A stretch of DNA of 63,344 bases, counting the filler, from Intoshia linei (taxonomy: Eukaryota; Animalia; Orthonectida), in the NCBI GenBank assembly GCA_001642005.1. It is 8 parts of 8 records of this genome, joined end to end, with 100 filler letters (N's around TTAATTAATTAA, not from the genome) between each part and the next. Parts side by side here need not be neighbours in the genome. Positions count along the whole stretch, not along the records: positions 1 to 8,522 come from LWCA01001448.1; positions 8,623 to 30,691 come from LWCA01000618.1; 6 more parts are not named here. One strand, given 5' to 3'. This document shows positions 1-12,582 of the stretch, piece after piece. The position numbers and the translations under genes are program-made. Under the pieces are notes generated by a model. It was given only the letters and a program-made list of their open reading frames with translations, had not been told where the DNA came from and did no database searches. Position 1 is the stretch's first letter, and the number at the start of each line of letters is the position of its first letter.

Positions 1-824
1 GAAAAACATTAAATTGAAAAATATCGCATTTATATTTCACGGAACCCCTGGGTTCCACACGTTCAACACGAGTTGAGAACCACTGGTCTAAGACTTAGCC
101 ATGTAAAACTCAAATACGTGTCGGGACGCGTTATCTTGAAAATTTTTTGTAGCATCACCTTTGGAAACCATTTAATAAGAATCGAGATAATTATTTAGTA
201 CACAATGTGTATTTATCAAAGTGACGTCAACCCAAAAATCATGGACGTTATAAATTCAATATACAATCAACTAAAATAATTTTTTAAATAAATATATTCT
301 TAGGGCTATAAAAGATTTTTTAGAAAGAATTGTATACTTTGTTAGTAGTTATTTCATACATATCAAAAAAACTATTTTTTCAATGTTATCCTACTACCGT
401 GTTAAGGATCAAAGCTTATGACTGTCATTCAAATTTTTTATTTTACAAGTGGTTGACTGTCAAAAAAGTTTGAGAACCACTGATTTAAACAATGAACTGG
501 AAACTAGCTTGTTAACACAGGAAGAAATGCTTTATTTATACCCAGTGTTACCGTAGATAAGAGATTTTCGTTAGTTAATGTGTTTCTTTAAAAAATTTTT
601 GTTAATTTCATAAATAAGAATAATTGCCCGCATACCCATGTAGAGACAAATATAACTACTATTTTAATTGCGAATTTTATCAGATTATTGAATGATTTCG
701 GAATGTTTAAATTATAATTTCGGGATAAAATTTAAACAGGCAAATTTCGTCAAATTTATTTTTGAGTTATTTTTTTTTAATTTGATTGTAACTCAAAAAT
801 CTCCAGTTTTGACACCCATTAGGG

Positions 825-1008
825 CAGTAGTTTTCAACCTTTTTGTGTTCGCGACCCCCCTTATAAACATCAAAAATTTTCGCGACCCAAAGATTTTCAG
901 AATGTAAAAATATTTCCGTAACATTATTACTGTCAATAATATATTAAAATAAATAGATTTATTCATAAAATTTTCAAATTCTCACGACCCCCTAGTTGAA
1001 AATTACTG
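825..1008. mobile_element. hAT-type MITE
   Basis: TIRs CAGTAGTTTTCAAC / GTTGAAAATTACTG with 8-bp TSD CATTAGGG / CATTATGG (7/8). Confidence 0.7.
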
Positions 1009-2074
1009 CATTATGGTTACATATTTGTATAGTTCAGTATATTTAACTATCAAACTCAGAAATTTTGAATTTTTCATTGAGACGTGTTATAAATTCACGT
1101 ATTGGCTCAGAGGTTTGTTTTGCGTTTAATATTTTAGCGGGATGTAAAAATATGGTAAATATGTTCTGAATTCGAGCGGCCATGGTTTTTTTTTCATTTT
1201 TGAAAAAATATTTTCGATCAGCGATGTTAAGATTGTTCAAAAGATAATACATAATATCGTGGTCGATTACGGAGTAAAATTGTCGATTCCTTTCTTCGTA
1301 ATTATAATTCTATCCTGGAATTTTTTTAAATGGTTTTGTATTCATTGTGCAAGATTGATTTTAGATTGACTTAAATAATAAACACGGCTGCTTTACATTG
1401 TAAAGTGTTCCAATTATACAATATGTATTATAAAATATAATAATATTACTATTTAGCTATAAAAATAAAACCATGAACTTGGTACTAACTTCCAACATAA
1501 ACCCATGGATGAATGTAGAATTAATGCCAATTAAATCGTCAAATCATGTATCTAATGCATTTTTCATTGCCAAATTGCCAAATTATATATATTTAATGTT
1601 AATAACGTACTTACTAATGATTAGTTTTATTTTAAACTAAATTTAATTAGATTAAATTGCAACAATTATAAAATGATATAATTATTAAACATTTACATTA
1701 TATTTTTAAAAATGCGACCCTTTTAATTGTCTTTTAATTTAGAATGGTCGTAAACGTAATAATTAAAAATTAAATTAATTATTACTGATAATTATGAACA
1801 CATTTTTAAAATTAATACAATCACTAATAATAATTATCAATAAAATAACTTGGAAATAGTAAAATAAAACTTTGAAAAGCAGATTGAGTTATATTAGACT
1901 AAAATGAAAAACATTTATGTCATTCCTATGAAAATTAAATAAAGTTCATTTTCTATATATCTTTTTTAAATTTCAAAAAAAGTCCAAAATGGAATAGCCT
2001 TAATACAAGTATACAAGTTTAGTTAAATTTAATATTATTTCACATGGTATTTGTTAGTTTACAAAGAAAATAAA

Positions 2075-5000
2075 TTACTGTACATTTTCAATAACAATTT
2101 GTATTTGACTTTTTGAAATGGATTCTAAAACGTTAACATTATACATGTATGCATAGAAATAATTTTCCCTGTGTATGTGTAATAATTTCAAAGATACCTA
2201 TCATGAAAGTAAATGTCCACAATTTTAAATATAAATTATTCAAATCAATATAATTTGATAAAAATATTTCGGCATTTCCCGTAAACTAAAAATTATTAAT
2301 CAAATTTCATGAAAGTATAAATATAATGTACAATTATATATAAAATATAGAATAAATTTTTTTTCAATTCAAAATTTTTAATATTTATGTTGACAATACC
2401 TACTTTTTCAACTATTCTACTATACTAGTTTTATGTTAAAAAATTTTATTTACATTTTCCAATTCCGAAACTTTTATATTGAATATTTTTTCAATACACT
2501 CTTCATTACACAGTTCAGCATGTAAATTTAAAGTTCCATCGGATATAGTGAACCTAAAATATACAATGTGAAATATATTTAAAATTTACTTTAAAGTTCC
2601 TCCACCTTTTTCCATTGGGGCGCCATTGGAACTACTTTAAAAAAAAAATTTTTTTTTAGTTTAATTTTTATATTTTCCATTTACACTGTACATAGCGATA
2701 AAAATAGTAAAACTCTCATGTGTTGGATACTGAAAATTTTTACTATTGTATCCGATTTTGCAGAATAATGTACAAATTTAAATTACAAAATTGTTGTTTC
2801 GGTACAAAAATGTCAGTAACTGAACCTGAACCAAAGTGAAATTTTTGATATAATTAGCAGGATAATTACTTCATTTCACATTGTTCTTGTTTCATTTTTA
2901 ACCATATTATTTTGCTAATGTAACAGTATTTAAGAATAAATTTCTTTTGTGATTGAAAGGACTCAGATTTTATAATTCTTTCAAAAAAACTAACGTGCAA
3001 ATTTTCAAAAATATCAAAAATTTCAATGCCACATTTCAATATTTGCGTAGGTTGTATTTCGAAAGCATTTTCATCAAAATCCAAAGAATCTGATGAACAA
3101 ATGGATACATTATAATTGTTCAAATTTCTAAATTGTTAATAAAGTATTTATATTAGCCATTCTTAGATAAACATGTTTAGATAATGAAAATATCTTTATA
3201 TACAGAATATATATGTCGTATAGAATGTGTAAAACCGTGAAATGTACACATTCTATGGGCAAGTCGTAGAATGTATACATTTCATGGATAAGTCGTAGAA
3301 TGTGTAAAATTTTCATTTATATTTATTTTTATTATTATAATAATTATTTATTATAATTATTTATTTGGTATTAGAAATTTTTTAATCAAATTTTAAGGGG
3401 TGTTTCTTAGATATTTTTTTTAAACTAAACTTTAAGGGGGGTTTTAATATTTTTTTTTAAACCAAATTTTCAAAAAGGTTTTTAAGATTTTTTCAGCCAA
3501 ACTTTCGAAGGGGTTTTTAAAAGTTTTTTTAATCAATCTGTAAGATTGTAATTGTAACAATATTCTCATTGTTCGGTTCAAAATCTTAAAAATCACTCTT
3601 GAAAGTTTTGTTTAAAAAAAATTTCCTAAAAACCCTTCTTGATAGTTCGGTTCATTAAAAAATCTTAAAAACTTCTCTTGAAAGTTTGGTTCAAAAAAAT
3701 TTCCTAAAAAATACCTCTTGAAGGTTTGATTCAAAAAAAATTACCTAAAAACTCTTCTTGAAAGTTCGGTTCAAAAAAAATCTTAAAAACCCCTCTTGAA
3801 AGTTTGGTTCAAAAAAAATTTCCTAAAAAATACCTCTTGAAAGTTTGATTCGAAAAAAATTACCTAAAAACTCTCCTTGAAATTTCGGTTCAAAAAAAAT
3901 TTTAAAAACCCCTCTTGATAGTTTGGTTTAAAAAAAATTTCCTAAAAACCCTTCTTGAAAGTTTGGTTTAAAAAAAATTTTTATAAACCAAAATTAAACT
4001 AAAATTAAAATATAAATGATAATTTTACACTTGCCCGTGGAATGTGTAGATTTCACAGTTGTCCACATTCTATGCAACTTATAATGACAATATTTACGAG
4101 CGTAAATTGGACGTTTGTGTGTTTAAATGATTCAACAATTAAGTTATGGTTTTTTAAAGAAAGAAATATAAGATTATTTTTCTTTTTTTCGTTTACCATA
4201 ATCTGGATTTTAGACAGCGGTTTTAACTTAATTTGTCCGAGCCACTTCAAAACTGATCTTAAAATTATTTCAATATCATTTTAAAATTTGTATAGGATTT
4301 TGCTTTTTAAAAGTCTAGGATTAATTTTTAAAAAAAGGTAAAAGGGGGTTTTATCGTGAAGATACCAATTATTCAGTTTGAAATGTATCCTACTTTCTGT
4401 GCCGAAAAAAATTGACTTTGAAATTTTGTTTTTGAAATTTCTGGGACTAAATAGTAACACAGATAAACAGAACATCATTCTAAGCAATTATTAATTTATG
4501 TATGTAAGGATTATAAATTACATTTCCACTGCAGTTGAATCAATAGGAACAAATAGTACAGAATACCGACTAAAGCCACTAAACCTCAAGTATATAACAT
4601 TGGCTTCAGATGTACATTTAACAGAGTTTCGAAAAATGACTATTGCACCTTTAATCAGTCCGTATTCGTAAATAATATCGTGTAAAGTCCCATATGTTCG
4701 TATATTTGAAGAAGCATTCAAATTTTGAAAAATTAACTGATAATCTTTATTCATATAATCTGTCAACTCAGTATTATCGGTCTGTGCAATATAATGAGAA
4801 ATTTTATTTGATTTATCAACTATCCAAGATCGTATATCAGATTTATTTATAACAAATTTTCTTTCCTTTAATTGTCCATACCCCAACATGATTCTATTAT
4901 TTGAAGAATGAAGTACATTTTCTATAGTCAGTGGGTTATTTACCTTTTCCCATATAATATTTAAATTAGAAAATGATTTTATAAAAGATCGAAATTTACC

Positions 5001-5948
5001 CATATCAGCAGAATTAAGATTAGATAAAAAACCGTCTGTAATACGATAAACCTTATCGTTACTACACAATGAATATTTTTTTTTTTTGTTTTCAAAGTCG
5101 GAATAATTTCTACTAATTTCTGAATTCTTTGTCACAAAAAGATAGACACATCCATTGTACAAACTGTTGTAGTATTTGCATACATCTCCTTCAAATTTAA
5201 ATGTATAATGATGATATTGGTGCCATGAAATTTCTAATGAATCGATATCATATATAGTGACATCCACAAAAAAGAAGAGGTCGACATCATTTTTTGTGTT
5301 TATTGAAACTTGTGATAGTCGATAAGGTACAACAAAATATTTATATATAGATTTCTTTTCAATTTTACAAATTTTTTTTGTATATGGAGAAAATTTAAAT
5401 GGATTTTCATTATAAAATATCATATTAATATCTAAATTCAAAATTGTCATATTTTTGCTACTTACAGACAAATAAAAACAACAATCCATGATAGGCTTTG
5501 AATGTCCATATATTTTTGTGTAAAAATATTCTACTACAAGATAAATTGGAAATATTTTGATTAGACAGCCTTGTAACCACGTTTGATAGTAACTACAATT
5601 GGTGTTCATTGGATAATCGTCTTTGCATGGTATATAATTGTTTTGCTTAAAGATTTCTTTAGATTTAGGGTTTTTTTTAGAATATAAATGACAATTATTT
5701 TTATAACATTTATGATAATTCATATTGAAAATTTCATTTTTTTCGTCCAAATGGTTAGACATTAAAATGTCAATCGTATTTTTATTATTTCTCAAATAGA
5801 CTCGACCATTGTTTCTGGTTTGCAAGGTACCTGATATGTTTCCGTCAATTTTGAATGTTTTACTCTTCCATTCGTCGTAATAGATTTTATCCGACGTTGA
5901 CTGAGCGAAAATTTTTATTTTTTCTAAAGATATTTCAGTATCAGTCAT
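2075..5948 (-). CDS. CTC1: CTC1-like CST complex large subunit (divergent, multi-exon; extra 5' exons may reach ~7470)
   Basis: The large exon ends YGLIKGAIVIFRNSVKCTSEANVIYLRFSGFSRYSVLFVP, resembling human CTC1 [40 protein letters not shown] (recalled). Downstream exons give CYISKIIWLKM and LKFTISDGTLNLHAELCNEECIEKIFNI, resembling CHIVSVFSLQL and [27 protein letters not shown], in the same order. Small-exon boundaries are approximate. Confidence 0.62.
3212..4082. mobile_element. Foldback-like element with long TIRs and inverted ~41-bp tandem arrays, in a CTC1-like intron
   Basis: Left GTATAGAATGTGTAAAACCGTGAAATGTACACATTCTATGGGCAAGT matches the reverse complement of ~4030-4075. The unit AAAACCCCTCTTGAAAGTTTGGTTCAAAAAAAATTTCCT repeats about 10 times at 3570-3975 and about 4 times inverted at 3385-3530. 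Confidence 0.75.
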
Positions 5949-6429
5949 CTAAAATTATTTATCAATTTTAGTATGAAAATAACTTCATTGGTTAAATATT
6001 TTTCATGACCCGCAGCGAGATCATTTAAAATTTAAATTTACTGTAAATAAACCAGTTTTTTTAAATGAAAGCTCCCGGGACGTAACGACACAATGCTGTA
6101 TTAAACTATTGGATATATCACTACACTTTATGCCGGGTCTGTGAGATTTAAATAAAATAAAATGTATAAAAAAATTTTACTTTTCTTTATTTTTATAGGA
6201 TAATTTTTAATATTTATGGCAAAGTTTATAAATTTATGCATTTTATGCGAAAGCCTAGACGACCATTATATTATTATTTCAAAGATCCTATTTTTTCCCC
6301 CACTATTGACCGTTTAATGATTAAATTAATCAGATTTAACTCTTTCACTGTCTGGAGTTATGTTTTAAATTACACATGTGAAAATGTATGAAAATAAAAG
6401 AATAACGTTTTTCAAAATTATGCTGTGTA

Positions 6430-7100
6430 TAGTATAAAACATATGTATTTATATTGAATATACTATCAACTGGACTTCGCTGTATCAGAATAATCTTTTT
6501 TATTCATTGTGGCACCGTTAATTATTTCAAATTTTTTGTTGTCAAACATTATAGTTTACAAATAAAATAATATGAATACTAAAGTGCTTTTTTGACCTGA
6601 GGGTGTCACTTATTCATATTGAAATTTTGTGTATGTTAACAGCATACAACTGTACCATCTGTACCTATTTTTAAATTATTGTGCTGTTTTCATTTAAAAA
6701 AATGGTAATCTGTGGTTTTGATCCTGAAAATAATCTCTTTTGAGGTTTCCATGTATGATAATGTTTATGATTTTGAAAACTATCCCAAAATTTATGTTTT
6801 ATAAATTTTAGTACGTTTCATTTTTAAAACAAACGGTAATTAGTGGTTTTGAACATAAAGGTATGCGTTTCTGAGGCTGAGATTAACGACAATGTTTATG
6901 ATTTTAAAACGCGTCAGAAAATGTATGTTTTATTAAATTTTTGACCTGATTATTTTTAAACACAAGGCAAAATTGGGTTTTTGACAATAAAATACTCAAA
7001 TTCTGAAATTCAAAAATAAATAAAAACACGTCCTGGCAAAAACTGTATTAGAAATTAGGTTTTCTTAAATTCTACAACTATTAATTTTTTAAATACAGAG
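6430..7100. repeat. Dispersed non-autonomous repeat (copies at ~14494-15154 and ~44350-45030)
   Basis: Long colinear similarity between copies, e.g. AAACTGTATTAGAAATT(A/G)GGTTTT and CTGTATCAGAATAAT. The 14.5-kb copy ends AAACGGTAACACTG, a hAT-like terminus. Confidence 0.75.
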
Positions 7101-7508
7101 TTGTGCACGGAGATACGAGCTATTGTGCAAATATAGTTTATTAAACATCATTTCGCACTAATCGCCCTTAATTCTTTGATGGGTGTGACCTATTAATGTT
7201 CATAACATCAGTTTCACATACAACAGAACTTTTTACATAGGAAGTTAGTATAATTATTACTTTTTTCTGACTCAATGTTCACATAATACATGTTTCACTT
7301 GTATTTGAGTTAAATGGCACCTTGTCACATTTCACAATTTGTAATAACTATTACAGTAAACTGTGCGTTTTAAGAATTTACTGTACATTACTTTTAAAGT
7401 CGACATAGGCTCATTTGCTTTAAGTATTTTGCTAAAATTAAGTATCTTACTGGCGTTACCAACCGAAACATGATATAACTTTAGTTTTAAAATTTAAATT
7501 TAAATATT

Positions 7509-7598
7509 ATGACACCAGAAGATATAGAATTTGTCGTATGCCAAGACAGTATTGATATCATTCCAAATTTCACAATGGACACCATGTATCTAATTAAT
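7509..7598 (+). CDS. GINS2: GINS complex subunit Psf2, first exon only (rest lost in or beyond the spacer at 8523)
   Basis: MTPEDIEFVVCQDSIDIIPNFTMDTMYLIN followed by donor GTAATT; matches Psf2 N-terminus [30 protein letters not shown]. Confidence 0.85.
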
Positions 7599-7760
7599 GT
7601 AATTTTTGACCATTTTCTGCACCATATAGTGGATAATTGGGGTCTTGTAACAAGACTCTTGTTTAGTTTAAGCCCAGACAATATGAATTTTTAAAATGAA
7701 CTTTTTATTTACAATTCACGGCGTAAAATTTATTTCAAATAAACTAAAATTGATAGTACT

Positions 7761-8522
7761 TGTAATGTTTTAGATAATGAATATTACGCAATAAGTTTTA
7801 TATTTAAAATAAGACAATTTAGTTTGTACAAATATATTATCAATCAATAACTAGTTCATCGAGGTGAACTTTAAATTTATAATAATTACTGGATTGAATA
7901 TTACACCTCCGCAACAAATCAATGTTCCGTTAGAAATCTTTGAGGTTTTTTGCATTTCTCACGATCACGTAGTTTGTACAAGGACTGTTGTTTATTATTT
8001 CGATGATTTATTGGAGTAAAATGTTTTGTAAAATATGAAGGAGATTGAATGTGTGCATCAAATTTTTTTTTTATTCTTTTATTGTGGAGATTCTTTTGGA
8101 ACTCGATTTGATCCATTAACTTAATTGTATAAAATTTTGTATTGTTGTACATATCGTATCTTAAAACTACATAAGTAGGAGGAACCCCTGTACGTGCAAA
8201 TGTGGTAGATCGTAAACCCATCAAAACACATGGTAATAATACATCCCATTGATTATTATCATTCAATATACGTAATCTTTCTCGTATTGTTCTATTCATA
8301 CGTTCTACCAATCCATTTTGATGGTGTTGATAGGGTGCAGAATGAGTTTTGTCTAATTTATATTGTTTACATAATCTGGACATCACATCAGCCTCGAATT
8401 GTTGCGCACCATAAAAATTAATTTGTTGATAAATATAAGATATCTTGAAATTATGTGAGATAACAATGCATCAACAATCGAAACAGCATCAATGTTGCAT
8501 AAAGGCGCAGCTTCTATCCAAC
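7761..8522 (-). mobile_element. Gypsy/Ty3 LTR retrotransposon 3' remnant (integrase core plus candidate 145-bp LTR)
   Basis: WIEAAPL...HSAPYQHHQNGLVERMNRTIRERLR...WDVLLPCVLMGLRST...TGVPP integrase motifs, disrupted upstream of 8386. Then a purine-rich GCGGAGG and a TGTAAT...ATTACA-bounded segment at 7905-7761. Confidence 0.85.
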
Positions 8523-8622
8523 NNNNNNNNNNNNNNNNNNNNNNNNNNNNNNNNNNNNNNNNNNNNTTAATTAATTAANNNNNNNNNNNNNNNNNNNNNN
8601 NNNNNNNNNNNNNNNNNNNNNN
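8523..8622. other. Artificial 100-nt spacer (also 30692-30791, 42058-42157, 47871-47970, 50090-50189, 53875-53974, 60844-60943)
   Basis: Seven identical 44N-TTAATTAATTAA-44N blocks; the 12-mer has stops in all six frames. Confidence 0.97.
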
Positions 8623-9008
8623 ACTGTGGAATGCGATAAAACAGGTGTCTAGTACAATTTAACCAGAACGCGTCAAGAAGTTGACAGATTCTGTTAATGG
8701 AAGATTGATTACATTGTTATAGGTTAATGGTAACTATATTAAACATTAGAAATAAATTTCGATGTTATATTTCTTGTCATTTATCAATATTTGTTAGATT
8801 TGCCTAACAAATTGACACACTAATTTAAATAAATAAACAATAATATGTTAAATAAAAAGGTTTTTTACAAAATAAAATTAATTTTTTTTGATGAATAATA
8901 TTAACATCAATTAAAAGCCACCTAATTACAAAAATAATTAAGTTTACATCATTCATAGAGTTTATTACATCAATTTTAGTGATCTGCCTAATAAATTGAC
9001 ACACTGTG
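8623..9008 (+). mobile_element. Tc1-like transposon 3' end (decayed)
   Basis: LWNAIKQVSSTI*PERVKKLTDSVNGRLITLL*VNGNYIKH* resembles a Tc1 C-terminus. TIR TGCCTAATAAATTGACACACTGTG followed by TA; related to the 21464 element. Confidence 0.8.
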
Positions 9009-10215
9009 TATATAGGTTTTTCTTTTGGGGTCAGATAGAGTAGTTTTTGTTATAAAATTTTGGTAAAATGGGGTTTTTTTTTAAGGGTTGGTAAAATTGG
9101 ATTATTTAGAAATATATTGGTAAAAGCGATTTTTTCCTTAAAAGTTGGTAAAATTTTGTTTTTTTTTCAAAAGATTTTATTAAATTGTATGAAATATGCT
9201 GAAAATTTTAAATTCGCCTACAATCATCTAAAATTTTCGTATTCACCCCTTGGGGTGACCAGTCACCCCCATGAGAAGTACTGCTATTTATATTGATATT
9301 TATTTCGATTCAGATAAATGACAAATGTTCTGTTAATTTATATGAGTGAATTAATGATTAATTTTAATTAAAAATTATTAATTAAAACTTGCTGATATTA
9401 GAATTTAAAGAAAATTATTTTATTAGACCTAAAATTTAGGTCCAGAGTAAACTTTCTCAATGTCGAAGTAAATTTTGTGCGGCCGTAGTATCAATGAGAA
9501 AAGTAGCATTGTGGCTGAATTGGAAGAAAGGTTGTGCACCCCTGAATTAGACTATAAATTCGATTCAAAATACGCATAAAAATGTTACGGCGTTACGAAT
9601 TGAACTTATATTATTCACGTTATACATTTATGGTAATAAATTTTAAATTATAACCACAAAACGATGCTTTACCTCTATGTTCTGATAAATTAACATTTTA
9701 ATTAAAATTAATATAAGTATAATTATATAATTCTAATTAACACAAATAATTATATATTTTAATAATTAACTCATGTTTTTAAATTGTAACCGCATTATTT
9801 TTACACACATTCTATAGAATTTAATTTTCTGAAAATTACCATGTACTGTTATTACTTTTTTAGTCAACATTGCCGTAGTTATAATGCATTCCTTTAGAGA
9901 ATGTATTTTAGAATACAGTATAATCTATTTTTTATGTCAGATATATCTTACCTTATATATATCTTCATAGAACCTTAATATTAAATTTTCTATAATAATT
10001 TTGTAATATCCTGAAAATATACGAATCAAACTAACAAACAACGTAAAAAGAAATATGGTAGCATATAATTTAAATTTAATTTATGACAGATAATGGCTCA
10101 AATATAATATTTTTTTCTAAAATGTCCTGAGTCACTTCAATAGTTTTAAAAATTTCTTTTTTATTCGGTATTTAATTTGATTGAGTCAAACACCCTGATA
10201 TATGTTCAATTATAC

Positions 10216-12413
10216 CGCTTTAATAGGAATCCCTTTCAATCGACCAAAAGAAATGGTTCCAAAATCGGCATAAGATTCCTTAACCGTAGGTAAAATTGTT
10301 ATTGGTACACCAAATGCGCTACACAACTTTCTATCCCAATCAAAAATGTTAATATTAAATAAACTAGTTCTTGACGCATTCGTAACATCCGTTAAGTGAT
10401 ATTTACTTTCTGTTAATTTCTAAAGTTTATATAATATAATTATATAGATATTATTATATAGTAAAAATATTATAATTTATGAATTCAGTGAATTTACAAA
10501 TATTATATATTATTAATTTATTAATTTTTAAGTTACGAAATAAAAAACCCAAATTAGCCAAGTGTCTATAGTGCCAAAACACGAATTTCCAATTTTTTGA
10601 TCATTTTGAAATTCTTTGCTATAATTCAAAATCCATTTTATTTTAGTACAACTAAAGTAATTTGAAAATGGCAGCCCAGTGTATTTCTATAAGTATATAC
10701 CATTATTAAAATATTATATACATGTTAGATAAAAACAATAAGAGTAAACTCGAAATTTTAACAATTTTCGAATCTACTAATATCATAAATCTTTATCCAT
10801 TTAAACTACTTAATTACTGCTAGAGAAAACATTCCATCGTGGTCCTCGATTAATTTTTCAACTATTTTGTCGTTTCGTTTGTCATGCCAAACTACAATTT
10901 AAATAGTAAGTTTTTCAATAATTATTATTATAATTGAGTTTATTATTGGAACCTGAAACAGTTAAAGTGTGACCAAACTGCCGTTAAACAACGAATAATT
11001 CAAATTATTACCTAAAGCATTATAATATGGTTTCCCCGTCGTTTTGTTCCAACATACTGTGGTTTCACGTTGATCAGTTATCCCAACGGCTATTTTAATA
11101 AAAATAAGGTAAAATGATGCATATTAATATACTATATACTACCACACTACTTACTATCAATTGGCATACAGGTTTATAATTACCTTTGATATTATTTAAA
11201 GTATTGGACTTTGATTGCGACAGAAACTGATCCAAAACATTATCAATACAAGCAACTACGCTGTCCCAAATTTTTTCTGGATCTTGCTCCGCAAATCTAG
11301 CGTTAGAAATATTAAAACAAAATGTTTTAAAAAAGATAATTTGAAATTTAAAAATTGCGTAGCAATAAAAAATATTCCAAAGGAATGAATTACAGTCTAA
11401 GTCCTATTTAACAGAATTCATAATTATCGAAATTCCTATTTAACGGAATTTCAAAATTTTGACAAACCAAAAATTCCGTTAACTAAAATTTTACTCTTAA
11501 AATATGTTTTCTTATTTTATAATAAATAGAGTTAATGTAACAACTATTTATTGTTTATTCTAAAATATTTTTAACAAGATCATTACTCAGATCTCAATAT
11601 TTTTGAGTCTAAGGGTTACTAATATATGATATGATATTTAGCGTTTACTGACAAATTAACATGCATAGATTAAGATCAAATTCGGTATACCTGCAATGAA
11701 TTTAGTGGTGTTCTGATTGAGTTGAATATTAAAATATAATCTGATTACAGCCAAACCGAACGTGATCTAATACAAAAATAATGGAGTTTAGTAATAAACG
11801 AATCCATAGTTTATAGTTAAATTTATATACCCATCCATTAATGTTATAGTTTCTATTAGTTCACTGTGTTTGGCCACAACAGTTCCATCTATAGTATTGA
11901 AAATCTACGTTAATGTTATACAACTAATTGAGAACATATATGCCAGGGGTGCACAACCTTTCCACCAATTCAGCCATTATCATTAATCATTAATTGTTCG
12001 GTAAATAATTAATAATAATTGGACAACAGAAAAAAGTTCCATTAAAAACCAATTTGTTGATACATTAGAGTGATAGACATAAAAAAATAAAATGTAAATA
12101 CTAATAATGATATAAAAGATATCAGTGACTGCTTGATTTTGTGTGCCCTTCGCTGAAATTTGAGAAACTGGGGCAAAGTCATAATGTAACTTTTTGATTA
12201 AAATATTTTAAATAAACCTTAAATAAAATCTCATTTTAACTTTTCAATTTGAAGTAAAATGATATATTGCATTATGATCAGATGTATTGCCCACGGCCGC
12301 ACGTTGTGCACCCCTGATATATACAATAGAACAAATATTTTGTTTTCAATTAAACAAATTACCGACGCCCGAGTGCTAGAAGTTCCTTGATCAATACCAA
12401 CGACGTATTCCAT
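10216..12413 (-). CDS. GK: Glycerol kinase paralog A (7 exons, FGGY N-domain only in this segment)
   Basis: Spliced motifs [82 protein letters not shown]. No GDQ exon found before the spacer. Confidence 0.9.
11944..12316. mobile_element. hAT MITE, CAGGGGTGCACAAC family (other parts at ~9015-9544 and 29884-~30640)
   Basis: 14-bp perfect TIR CAGGGGTGCACAAC; TSD ATATATGC / ATATATAC; near-identical inverted sequence at 29884-30240. Confidence 0.9.
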
Positions 12414-12582
12414 AATATTAAATATATTATTCTTTTTGAAATCGTGAAACTAGTAATGTCACTTTTGTTATAAAACAATTAAATTCTAGTATTAACTCGT
12501 ACTGTTTGGATCTAGGATGAACTAGTTTATATTTCCATGTTTTTGCGTTTTTCAGTGAAATATAAATAAAATTTAAATTGCA

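Noticed and set aside
1043-1345. Minus-strand ORF with an in-frame TAG suggesting readthrough or a variant genetic code
   Set aside because: The TAG may be a splice acceptor or decay; conserved genes here translate with the standard code and use TAA, TAG and TGA as stops.
3570-3975. CRISPR-like periodicity (also 27483-27745, 48590-48760)
   Set aside because: Degenerate head-to-tail tandem units without unique spacers, no cas genes, eukaryotic introns.
4053-4097. CIECGQL zinc-knuckle at the end of ORF 4053-4250
   Set aside because: It lies past the GTAAAT donor at 4097 and is read from the foldback element's TIR.
8567-8578. Recurring TTAATTAATTAA as a biological motif or piggyBac site
   Set aside because: Always centred between 44-N blocks; an assembly linker.
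9248-9272. GGTGACCAG (GDQ) as the missing GK-A exon, or the palindrome as a terminator
   Set aside because: Wrong strand and part of the hAT MITE family also present at ~30620-30640.
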